54,893 bases of DNA from Candidatus Poribacteria bacterium (GTDB taxonomy: Bacteria; Poribacteria; WGA-4E; UBA9662): the NCBI GenBank assembly GCA_036339735.1, contig JAYZAL010000042.1, forward strand, positions 1 to 54,893, read 5' to 3'. The notes beneath the pieces were generated by a model, which saw only the letters and a list, made by a program, of their open reading frames with translations, did no database searches and was not told where the DNA came from. This document shows, piece by piece, positions 1-9,379 of this stretch (position 1 is the stretch's first letter; every line of letters begins with the position of its first letter). Position numbers and translations under genes: made by a program.

Positions 1-130
1 TAGCTAAGGTGAATCTACCTAACAGTACCACAAGAAATCATTGCTCCACTGTCGAGAGTTTTTCTCTCTGATCACGTAAAAACCTCAATGTCGAATCGAA
101 CAGTGGCACAATAATCCTTGTTCACTTAAT

Positions 131-910
131 TCATTTTTTTAATTTTGCCCAGGTCGTTGCCAGTTTGTCTATCTGATCTACAGACAACAGAAGCTGGAGC
201 CCGGAGTTCATAACTGATACAATTTCTTTCTCGTCCAATGCACGATTCCACATCGCGACATCATCCATTATTCCATTCCAGGTAAAATTACGACCGTCAT
301 TAAGTTCCCCAACCCAAACGGGAGATTTATCGTCTTTTAAAACCTCTTTTGCTGGGTGATTGGTTTCAGCTTCCATTTTGCCGTTTATAAAAAGTTTAGC
401 TTTTCCGCCACCCTCAAAAGTATAAACCACGTGGTACCAATTTCCATTTTCTAGGGCCGTCGAAGAGCTTATTTCACCTTCGCTATTCACTCGAGCGTAT
501 ACCTTCTGTCCTGTCCAGGTAAACAAGTTATAGCAATCACCATCCTTATGAGCGAATCTTTTAGAGACAATTGACATACCGTCTGCACCTTTGATTCCAT
601 TAGGCTTAACCCAAGCAGCGATAGTTAGTTCTTTCATTCCAGAAAGTTTATCCACAGATGGAACTTCTACTACATTGTTTCCTTTTCCGTTGAATCGAAG
701 AGCCTTACCAAATTTTCCGTTTACATGTTCTAATTTTCCATTTTTCTTTGGCTTAGCAGGTGATTCGGAATGATCTACTGGATTGCCTGCCTCCTCAAAA
801 GGAAGATATAGAATTAGACCTCGATTAATCGCAGCTTCCGAAGTCGTCAAGACCAAAAACCCAAGTATAAAAAATGAAATTAGAAATAGTTTACCGACAT
901 GTATCTTCAT
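131..910 (-). CDS. Secreted LamG-like jelly-roll (concanavalin A-like) domain protein with short C-terminal KL-x3-W-x2-LK tag
   Basis: LamG_3-type motifs (GKFGKALRFNG, LTIAAWVKP, WYHVVYTF, WNGIMDDVAMWNRAL). Start moved from 955 to ATG 910 (MKIHVGKLFLISFFILG...SEA, signal-peptide-like) because AAGGAGA lies just upstream. Ends SVDQIDKLATTWAKLKK. Confidence 0.9.
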   Translation of the reverse strand: MKIHVGKLFLISFFILGFLVLTTSEAAINRGLILYLPFEEAGNPVDHSESPAKPKKNGKLEHVNGKFGKALRFNGKGNNVVEVPSVDKLSGMKELTIAAWVKPNGIKGADGMSIVSKRFAHKDGDCYNLFTWTGQKVYARVNSEGEISSSTALENGNWYHVVYTFEGGGKAKLFINGKMEAETNHPAKEVLKDDKSPVWVGELNDGRNFTWNGIMDDVAMWNRALDEKEIVSVMNSGLQLLLSVDQIDKLATTWAKLKK

Positions 911-1036
911 GCTTATCTCCTTATAAGTACAGAAGTAAATTGATAGAGCTGGCATATCATTGTGAGACCTAATTGGTGTAATGTCATCGTATCCAAATCG
1001 CCTGCGAAATTTCTCCTATTGTAATCAGATAAATTG

Positions 1037-1861
1037 TCATTTTAAATCAGATTTATTCAAGGGTTTTGGCTGATTGGTCCAATGACCTGATATATCAGTT
1101 CCTCTTGCAATGATAGAGTTTTTATTCCAACCTGTTAAAGCTTTCACTTCCGGTGGAACAAACCGCATGGTTAGTCCACACCTGCGTCGGTCAGATTGGT
1201 TAGGGGCTGAACCATGAAGTAAGAGATCAGAGTGAAGTGAGATCTGACCAGCTTTAATCTCGAAATCTACCGGAGCCAAACCATAATCTTCCGCGTCTTT
1301 CACCGTCTGACCCAATACATTCTGCTCTTCTTTACGACTATGTTCGAAAACAATCTGTCCGTGTAAATGAGATTTGGGAATGACTCTCATTGCTCCATTT
1401 TCCGTGTCTGCATCGTCAATTGCTAACCAGACAGTCACTGTTTTACTGGGTGTAATTGGCCAGTAGGAAGCATCTTGATGCCAACTAACTTGTTTAGTAT
1501 CTCCCGGTAATTTACAAAAGTAGTGCGTGCCCCAACAGATTAGGTCAGAACCAAGTAAATCTTCTAAATAATCTAAGATACGACTATCTGTTACTAAGTC
1601 GTAAATTTCAGATTGTTTACTGTGCCATCCATTAATTGAATATGCATCTTTCCCTTCATTTATTTGTTGTTCTATTAACTGATCGAAATATGCTCGGTGT
1701 GTAGCAATCTCAGTTTCACTAAATACATCCAGCGGAAATATATAGCCTTTTTGGTTGAATTGCTGAATTTGTTGGGGGGTCAAGCTTTTTGGTTGATCAT
1801 TTTCAACAGCAAAAAATTGGATATTTCTTTTCAATTCAGGCATAGCATCGGCTATAGGCAT
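1037..1861 (-). CDS. Phytanoyl-CoA dioxygenase (PhyH) family Fe(II)/2-oxoglutarate dioxygenase
   Basis: WHQD...LLHGS...RRCG iron and 2OG ligands; TVWLAIDDADTENGAMRVIPKSH family motif; purine-rich RBS upstream. Confidence 0.93.
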   Translation of the reverse strand: MPIADAMPELKRNIQFFAVENDQPKSLTPQQIQQFNQKGYIFPLDVFSETEIATHRAYFDQLIEQQINEGKDAYSINGWHSKQSEIYDLVTDSRILDYLEDLLGSDLICWGTHYFCKLPGDTKQVSWHQDASYWPITPSKTVTVWLAIDDADTENGAMRVIPKSHLHGQIVFEHSRKEEQNVLGQTVKDAEDYGLAPVDFEIKAGQISLHSDLLLHGSAPNQSDRRRCGLTMRFVPPEVKALTGWNKNSIIARGTDISGHWTNQPKPLNKSDLK

Positions 1862-2010
1862 ATCAACTTTCCCCCTGAGCAGGTTGTCATTTTTTGTTCT
1901 CTAATATATACGGACAATAATTTTTGGACACATGAAAAAGTAATGATGGATCCAACGTTCTTTGAGACAAGTAGGTTTTTTACGACGTCCTCTTTCCGCG
2001 CGTTACCTCA

Positions 2011-2293
2011 TTAAGTCTTCCTTTCTCGTAATATTTGAATCTTTGATGCCAACCTGACTTCTAATTTTCCCGAATGGAATTGATGACTGATTTCAGTAAA
2101 CCATCTCTGGGTGTGTAATAAATCCAGGATTGGTATCTTGCCAACCATCATACTGTTATGATCAATTGTAAATCCATAACACTTTGGCTTTCTATCATCA
2201 CAGAATTCGGAGTTCCTGTATTATTTTCTTTGTTGGAAAATTTGAACTCTTTATCTGCTTTTTTTTTAAATCTTTTCGAATTTCTGCGAGCAT
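2011..2293 (-). pseudogene. Possible eroded gene remnant (weak resemblance to the N-terminus of AlkD-like DNA alkylation repair proteins)
   Basis: Manual translation across frameshifts gives MLAEIRKDLKKK / ADKEFKFSNK / KPKCYG...MMVGKIP...FHSGKLE, with a shift at an A-run near 2258-2267. Resemblance judged by eye only. Confidence 0.2.
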
Positions 2294-2492
2294 TCCTGAT
2301 AGTCAGAACAACATCTTATATTCAATAGTTACATGAACAATGATCCAACCTACTACGATAAATTCTAACAAAATTTTTCTTTTTGTTACAGGAAGCACTT
2401 AGATTTTTTCAATACAAATCCAATTTATGAAGTTAGATATATCAATCAGGCCCTAATACAGCCTCAAATTATCGAAAACTGGAATTCCTACG

Positions 2493-4136
2493 CTAGTCGG
2501 AATAAGAAGGATGATAAAAAACTACTTCTTTTCGGGTTGGGGTCTTGATAACTTCGCTGTGGGTTCCATCCTGCCACTGGACCCAAACACGGACAAAGTC
2601 GGCATCTTCTAAACCGAAAAGTAGCCTCGTGTCATTGTGTGAGACATAACTTCCACCACTCTGAGCCTCATCAATTTGACTTAATCCGTCGTCTGTTTCT
2701 ACAAAAACACGTGCCATCAACGATTGTGCGGGAGGACGAATAGAGACTCTAATCCAGCTACGATCGTTTCCTCCATCATTTCGAAGAAGAGTAGCCAATC
2801 CCTGTAGGTTATTTATCAGAATGTCTATATCTCCATCATTATCATAGTCTCCAAATGCTGCACCACGGCTTACCTGTGGCTCGATTAACGCTTTGCCACT
2901 TTTAGATGACATATCTAAGAATGTACCCGTTCTCAAGTTTCGAAATAGCTGTTTAGGTTGGGCATAATCACCAATATCATCGAATTGGTCAATATTGTCG
3001 TGTATGTGCCCGTTTACCACAAATAGATCACGCCAACCATCGTTATCCACATCAACAAAACCGCATCCCCAGCTTAGTAAAGGGAAACTCGGTAACCCCG
3101 TACCTGACACGAATGAAACATCAGTAAAAAAACCGTCTAGATCATTACGGTAAACTGTATTAACCTGACTTTGATAGTTGGTAACGACCAAATCCAGGCT
3201 ACCATCGTTGTTGTAATCTGACAGGTCAATACCCATCCCATTCCCGACAGTTCCGTCCTCGCTCAAGGCCACTCCAGCCAAAAAACCAATTTCTTCGAAT
3301 TGACCATCTCCATTATTTCTATAAAGAAAATTTGGACTTAAATCGTTAGCAACAAAAATGTCCCGATCTCCATCATTATCATAATCTCCTGTAATAACCC
3401 CAAAACCACGGCCGGAATGAACCAAGCCGGCTGATATTGAGTCATTTTGGAAGGTTCCGTCACCATTATTTCGGTAGAAACTATCATTTGCTGGTGGGTA
3501 ATTATCAGGTCCGCAATAGACTCTTAGGCTTTCCAATTGGCAACCATCAGTCTCAACTGAATATATCAGATAGTTAGCAACATATAGGTCCAAATCTCCG
3601 TCACTATCAGCATCGAAGAATGTCGCTGATGTACTCCAACTGTGTTCTTCAACGCCTGATTTTTCTGTCACATCAGAAAAAGTTCCGTCCCCGAGATTTC
3701 TATAGAGAACATTTTTTCCAAAATTACATATGTAGATATCTTCCCAACCATCGTTATCATAATCACCTACACATATACCCGAACCGAAGCCGGTATTACC
3801 AACTCCTGCTTCTTTAGTAAGATCCGTGAATGTATCATTACCATTATTCCGGTACAAGGCATTTGGTGCATTCGGATTCTGAAAATTTCCGCTATTCACT
3901 AGATAAATATCCATCCATCCGTCTGAATCATAATCCAAGAAAGCACAACCAGCGCCGTTAGGTTCGGGAAACAGACGTTTTCCTGTAGCACCATTACGGT
4001 GAAGGAAATCTATACCAGCAGCTTTAGTATTATCGGTAAATTCCACCCAGGCCCATAAGGGGCTGGTGATAAGAAAGGGACAAACTATAACTAAGATGCA
4101 TAGACTATGAAAAGAGCGATTAGATGACAGAATCAA
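2493..4136 (-). CDS. CRTAC1-family protein (FG-GAP/VCBS repeats plus C-terminal ASPIC/UnbV domain)
   Basis: Repeated DYDNDGxxDI Ca-binding motifs, YRNNGDGTF repeats, SRGAAFGDYDNDGDIDI, GGSYVSHNDTRLLFGL; signal-peptide-like N-terminus. Confidence 0.93.
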   Translation of the reverse strand: MILSSNRSFHSLCILVIVCPFLITSPLWAWVEFTDNTKAAGIDFLHRNGATGKRLFPEPNGAGCAFLDYDSDGWMDIYLVNSGNFQNPNAPNALYRNNGNDTFTDLTKEAGVGNTGFGSGICVGDYDNDGWEDIYICNFGKNVLYRNLGDGTFSDVTEKSGVEEHSWSTSATFFDADSDGDLDLYVANYLIYSVETDGCQLESLRVYCGPDNYPPANDSFYRNNGDGTFQNDSISAGLVHSGRGFGVITGDYDNDGDRDIFVANDLSPNFLYRNNGDGQFEEIGFLAGVALSEDGTVGNGMGIDLSDYNNDGSLDLVVTNYQSQVNTVYRNDLDGFFTDVSFVSGTGLPSFPLLSWGCGFVDVDNDGWRDLFVVNGHIHDNIDQFDDIGDYAQPKQLFRNLRTGTFLDMSSKSGKALIEPQVSRGAAFGDYDNDGDIDILINNLQGLATLLRNDGGNDRSWIRVSIRPPAQSLMARVFVETDDGLSQIDEAQSGGSYVSHNDTRLLFGLEDADFVRVWVQWQDGTHSEVIKTPTRKEVVFYHPSYSD

Positions 4137-4143
4137 AACTTGA

Positions 4144-5763
4144 TCATTTATTTTTATTTAATTGTTGGTAGATACGATTTCGCCATGCCACGATGTCAGG
4201 ATTTTCTGGATCTTTCTGGTACGCATGCTCAATTTCGGCCTTGGCTAGCTGAAATTTGCCCTGACGAAAATAGATGGAAGCCAGTAAAGATTGATATTCC
4301 GGCGCAGATTCAAGATTAACAGCAGATTTAGACCATTTCAGCGCTTGATTGAGATCTTCTCCTGTTCGTACTAATAAGCAAGCCAGAGAATATTGGGGGG
4401 CGGCAATAGTCGGTGCAAGTCTTATAGAAGTACGAAAATCTTCTTCCGCTCCCTCCAAATCGTCGTTCTCGTATCTAAGTCGACCTCGCCATAGATAACC
4501 AGGTGCCCAAGATCCATTTTGAGAAATTCCCATAGTGTAGGCCGATTCTGCTCCGGTCAGATCACCCGTTTTTCTGCGCAAATCACCTAATTCTAGATAG
4601 CAATCTTGGTATTCAGGAACCAGTTTTATAACTCTAAGAAAAGATTGCTCCGCTGACTTTAATTGGCCTAAAGCGATTTCTGTCATTCCAAGATAATACA
4701 GAGATAAATAGTCCCCCGGATCGATTCCAAGGACATACTCATATCCTTTTTTGGCTGAGTCATAATCTCCGAGATTCATTTTTACATAGGCAAGGTATCG
4801 TTTAGTATCAGTATAGGTAGGATCAGTTTCTTCTGCCTTTTGCAAACGCACTAAAGCCCCATTCCAATCCGATTTCATTATCATCTGACGACCTTCGTTA
4901 AAATGTAACTTAGCTTTATTACGTTTATAAGCAGCTAAATGTTTTTGTCCTTCTTCATGGTTATTGAGTCGAAAAAAAACTTGAGCCAGTGAATGATGAA
5001 AATTTGGGATTTCCGGTGATAACTCAATCGCTCGAAGATAGTAGTCTCTAGCTGCAACAAAGTTTCGTCTTTTGGAACAAACTTGTCCTTTCCCAAAAAG
5101 TGCAGATGCCATATTAGAATCAAGTTCCAAAGCAGCGTCAAAATAGTCATCAGCTTCATCAAATCGATTTAACTTAATCAGAATCGTACCAAGATTGTGA
5201 TAAGCCACCGTAGAAGTTGGGTGTAAATTTATAGCCATTATGTAGTGTTGTACTGCTTTGTCATGATTTCCTCGTTCAGTTTCTAATAAACCAAGTCCAA
5301 TATACCATGCTACAGGAGCCTTCGACTTGGTACCCTTAATTGCTTTCAGGTACCATTTTTCTGCTTGGTCAAATCTTTGTATTTTTCGATAAACATCAGC
5401 AAGCTCTCCTTGCACACCAGTAGCATTGGGCATCAATTCCACAACCTGATGAAATGCTTCTAACGCTAATGGAAAATTTTCTAATTTGGCAGCAGATAAT
5501 CCAATTCCGACTTGGGCGGCAGTAATTGCGGGGAACTCTTCTGCTAATTGCTCGTACATATATAGACTCTGATCCCATTTCTTACTTTTAAAAGCTTGGT
5601 TTGCTTGCAGAAAGCGAGATTCCGCCTCTTTGGGGTATGGTTGAACTGACTCCTCTTTAACCGACTGAGATTGAGCGTTAAAAGACAAAATTAGGAAAAA
5701 GAAAGTTAGAAATAAAAAAAATAATCGATACCGTTTAGATGTTTTCATCAATTTTATTTTCAT
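4144..5763 (-). CDS. Secreted tetratricopeptide repeat (TPR) protein
   Basis: Many TPR units (AYHNLGTILIKLNRFDEADDYFDAALELD, SLYYLGMTEIALGQLKSAEQSF); hydrophobic N-terminus ending FNAQS; 7 bp upstream of the CRTAC1 gene, so probably co-transcribed. Confidence 0.92.
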   Translation of the reverse strand: MKIKLMKTSKRYRLFFLFLTFFFLILSFNAQSQSVKEESVQPYPKEAESRFLQANQAFKSKKWDQSLYMYEQLAEEFPAITAAQVGIGLSAAKLENFPLALEAFHQVVELMPNATGVQGELADVYRKIQRFDQAEKWYLKAIKGTKSKAPVAWYIGLGLLETERGNHDKAVQHYIMAINLHPTSTVAYHNLGTILIKLNRFDEADDYFDAALELDSNMASALFGKGQVCSKRRNFVAARDYYLRAIELSPEIPNFHHSLAQVFFRLNNHEEGQKHLAAYKRNKAKLHFNEGRQMIMKSDWNGALVRLQKAEETDPTYTDTKRYLAYVKMNLGDYDSAKKGYEYVLGIDPGDYLSLYYLGMTEIALGQLKSAEQSFLRVIKLVPEYQDCYLELGDLRRKTGDLTGAESAYTMGISQNGSWAPGYLWRGRLRYENDDLEGAEEDFRTSIRLAPTIAAPQYSLACLLVRTGEDLNQALKWSKSAVNLESAPEYQSLLASIYFRQGKFQLAKAEIEHAYQKDPENPDIVAWRNRIYQQLNKNK

Positions 5764-6063
5764 CTAGATTGATCAGTTTTCTAACAATCTTTATTATCCT
5801 GATAGAAGTAAACTTTAGTTGTTATTCCATAATAGCTAGTATTCAGTAATGATGGCTGATTCTAACATTTTTCTTTACTTTTGCAATAGGATAGAGAAAA
5901 TATCTGTAAATATCCTAATTTCAATTAGGAATATCGAATGAACAACTGGTTGAACATAATCTCGATTTAGCTCATCATTCGTTCGTTTATACTAAATACA
6001 TAATGTCAGAATCTTTTGTAAACGTATATTTGAGGACAATTTAGCCAATAAATTCCCACTATT

Positions 6064-7335
6064 ATGCACTTAAGGCTATACTGGAAATCACCCTTTTTCT
6101 ATATCTTTGTCATCCTCTTTTTCTTCGAACCTTTTTACTCTCTTGCTCAGGAGAAAAAAAACAACCCCCAATTACTTCGGGCTGAATCCGAATTCCAACG
6201 AGGTAATTGGGAATCGGCTTTCTCTATTTACAAAAAATTGGCCACAGACGATCCAAATTATCTGGCCGCGCAACTTGGGATGGCTAGTTGTCTCGTTGAG
6301 AAAAGGAGATATCCATCAGCTATTTCGACATTTTTACGGGCTATCGAAATTAGTCCAGATCATCCTCAAATACAAGCAGCTTTAGCGAGTACATATTTCA
6401 AAAACAAACAATCCAAGGAGGCAGTTAAGTGGTATGAAAACGCTATCGATTCATCTACCTCCAAAGTACAGCTATCTTGGTACCTAAACCTAGGTACGAT
6501 AGAAGCAGATCTAGGTAATATCGAACGAGCTAGGCAAATTTACAATCTTGCGGTACAGCTATATCCTCAGTCAGTTCCATCTTACTATAATCTGGGTATT
6601 ATTTTACTAAGACAGAATCGTCTTGATGAGGCGGACGCGTGTTTCTACGCAGCCTTGGAATTAAATCCGGATTTTGATCCGGCGTTATTTAGCCGAGGTG
6701 AAGTAGCAACAAAAAAACATGATTTTATGTTGGCTGAGGAATTTTACCGTGCGTCTATCCAACTTAATCCAAGAAAAGCATCGTATACCTACGCCTATGC
6801 CCAGAACCTACTGCGTCAAGGGAAATCAGAGGAAGGGAAACGACAGTTAAAACAGGCAAGGCGCCTAAAAGCTGAAAAACATTCGCGTCAGGCCCATGAG
6901 TGGGCTGAAAGAAAAAATTGGCAGGAAGTCTGTCGAAATCTTCAACTTGCCGTCGAAGTAGATCCGACATTCTTGAATGCGATTGAGGAATTAGCATACG
7001 TACATGCCGAACTTGGCAATCTAAATCAAGCTAAATCTACACTCAGTATTGGCTTGTTAAATGTACCAAACTGGGCGCCCGGTTACTGGGAAAGAGGGAA
7101 AATCAAACAACGTACCCAAGAAATTGAAGGTGCAAAATTAGACTTTCAAAAAGCAATAATTTTGTCTCCAGAAGCTATCCCACCCAAGATTTCTATGGCT
7201 AAACTCTTATTGGAAACAGAAACTGACTTACCAACTGCGTTACAATTAGTTCAGGTGGCTATCGAATTGGATCCACGACCGGAATATCAGCAGATATTGA
7301 GATTGATAGAAGAGAAATTAGATTCTCGAAAATAG
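6064..7335 (+). CDS. Secreted TPR protein
   Basis: TPR units (SYYNLGIILLRQNRLDEADACFYAALELNP); signal-peptide-like N-terminus ending SLA-QE; segments homologous to the 4144-5763 protein. Confidence 0.92.
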   Translation: MHLRLYWKSPFFYIFVILFFFEPFYSLAQEKKNNPQLLRAESEFQRGNWESAFSIYKKLATDDPNYLAAQLGMASCLVEKRRYPSAISTFLRAIEISPDHPQIQAALASTYFKNKQSKEAVKWYENAIDSSTSKVQLSWYLNLGTIEADLGNIERARQIYNLAVQLYPQSVPSYYNLGIILLRQNRLDEADACFYAALELNPDFDPALFSRGEVATKKHDFMLAEEFYRASIQLNPRKASYTYAYAQNLLRQGKSEEGKRQLKQARRLKAEKHSRQAHEWAERKNWQEVCRNLQLAVEVDPTFLNAIEELAYVHAELGNLNQAKSTLSIGLLNVPNWAPGYWERGKIKQRTQEIEGAKLDFQKAIILSPEAIPPKISMAKLLLETETDLPTALQLVQVAIELDPRPEYQQILRLIEEKLDSRK

Positions 7336-7343
7336 ATTCTTAG

Positions 7344-9137
7344 ATGATAAACCTTGATTCGCAAATTGATAAATCTTCGTACACAACTATGGTTTTAGCC
7401 AACAAGCCTATCAGTCTAGGTTTGGGATTCAAAAAAATCGTATTTCTTTCGTTGCTTATCATACTCAGGGAAATATTTCTCCCTACTGGTTCGACGACAG
7501 AACTTGCCAAATTTACAGATGTGACATTGGAAGTCGGAATTAATTTTCAACATGAAAATGGTCGAGGAAAAGAAAGATACTTTATTGAGACGATTGGATC
7601 TGGGTGTGCTTGGCTAGATTATAATAACGATGGCAATCTCGATATTTATTTAGTAAACGCCACATCAATGGAAGATTCCCCATCAAATTCTACAGGTCAA
7701 AAACAGTCTACTAATGCGCTTTATCAAAATAATGGTGATGGGAAATTTCTTGACGTGAGTAATATTGCTGGGGTTGATCATGCTGGATATGGTACAGGAA
7801 TTGCCGCTGGCGATTATAACAACGATGGGTTTATTGACTTATACTTAACCAATTTTGGCCCTAATGTTCTCTATCGAAATAATGGTGATGGAACTTTCTC
7901 TGATGTCACCAAATCAGCTATGGCTGATCAGCCCGGCTGGAGTTCAGGTTCTTCATTCGGTGATTATGACAATGATGGAGATCTAGATTTATATGTATCC
8001 AGTTACTGTAATTTTAAAATCAATCAGCATCAAAAATGTTATGCCACTGATATTTTGGGCCAAAAGAAACATGTTTACTGCCCAGGAGAACAGTTTTCTG
8101 GGAAAGCAGACACCCTTTATCGAAATAATGGCGACGGTACATTTTCAGATGTCACTAAAGAAAGTGGAGTTTACAATCCAATTGGTAGGGGGATGAGCCC
8201 TTTGTGGTCTGATTATGACGACGATGGAGACATTGATCTGTTCGTTGCAAATGATGCAACTGAAAATTTCCTATACCAAAATAATGGTAATGGAACCTTT
8301 CAAAATGTAGCTTGGGAGACGGGAATTGCTGGTGATAGTAGTGGAGAACTACAGGGTTGTATGGGATTGGATGTGGCAGACTACGATAATGATGGGGACT
8401 TTGACTTGATTATGACTAATTTTCAAAATCAGCCAAACGTTCTTTATCGAAACGAAGGAAACGGTTTTTTTGAAGATATTTCATTTGCTGTCGGTTTTGG
8501 ATATTCACTTCCTTATGTAGGCTGGGGAGTTGGTTTTTTTGATTTGGATAATGACGGACTGAAGGACCTATTTATAGCAAATGGACATCTGGAAGATTTG
8601 ATCAGCGATTTGGAAACTGGAACAACTTATGCTCAAACTAACGATTTACTAATCAATAACGGTAACAGTGGCTTTACTAGAATTGTTGATGATGACACCC
8701 TCAAAGATTTACAAGCCAGTCGGGGGGCAGCATTTGGTGATTATGACAATGATGGGGATATAGACATACTAGTATCTAATGAGCATGCTGCACCATGCCT
8801 ACTTAGGAATAATAGTCAGACGGGTAACCAATGGTTAGTGGTGAAGGTTATTGGTGCGTGCCCTCCATTTGGTAGTAATCGAGACGGAATTGGTGCCAAA
8901 GTAAAACTTACTGTTACTTCAGTTGATACCGTTAGGACCTACGTTTCAGAGGTTCGATCCAGTTCTAGTTATATGTCCCAAAACGATCTACGTATTCATT
9001 TTGGTTTAGGATCCGATGTAAAGCATATACATCTACTGGAGGTTTCCTGGCCAAGTGGAATCATCGATACCATCCGAGATGTAATTCCAAACTCACTCAT
9101 ACAAATAAGAGAAGGCGAGACAGAAAGTAAGCTTTAA
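7344..9137 (+). CDS. CRTAC1-family protein (FG-GAP repeats plus ASPIC/UnbV)
   Basis: ETIGSGCAWLDYNNDGNLDIY, multiple DYDNDGD repeats, SNRDGIGAKV, SSYMSQNDLRIHFGLG. True start may be downstream (e.g. MVLANK). Confidence 0.93.
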   Translation: MINLDSQIDKSSYTTMVLANKPISLGLGFKKIVFLSLLIILREIFLPTGSTTELAKFTDVTLEVGINFQHENGRGKERYFIETIGSGCAWLDYNNDGNLDIYLVNATSMEDSPSNSTGQKQSTNALYQNNGDGKFLDVSNIAGVDHAGYGTGIAAGDYNNDGFIDLYLTNFGPNVLYRNNGDGTFSDVTKSAMADQPGWSSGSSFGDYDNDGDLDLYVSSYCNFKINQHQKCYATDILGQKKHVYCPGEQFSGKADTLYRNNGDGTFSDVTKESGVYNPIGRGMSPLWSDYDDDGDIDLFVANDATENFLYQNNGNGTFQNVAWETGIAGDSSGELQGCMGLDVADYDNDGDFDLIMTNFQNQPNVLYRNEGNGFFEDISFAVGFGYSLPYVGWGVGFFDLDNDGLKDLFIANGHLEDLISDLETGTTYAQTNDLLINNGNSGFTRIVDDDTLKDLQASRGAAFGDYDNDGDIDILVSNEHAAPCLLRNNSQTGNQWLVVKVIGACPPFGSNRDGIGAKVKLTVTSVDTVRTYVSEVRSSSSYMSQNDLRIHFGLGSDVKHIHLLEVSWPSGIIDTIRDVIPNSLIQIREGETESKL

Positions 9138-9379
9138 TAATTAACAGTGTTGTCAAATTGTCGGAAGTAGAACTTATGTGTAAAAATATGACTTTTATCA
9201 CCGTTATAAAAGACTAATTGATGTTTCGTGATCTAGAAAATTGATCATATATCTTTATGCAATAATTTGTTGCTCTTGGCTTAACTGATCTGATTTTTAA
9301 AATATGTTGTGAATGTTGTGATTTTTGAAGACATATTACTTTTTCTAACAGTTAGGATCGTTGTGGAATCAACGTATTT

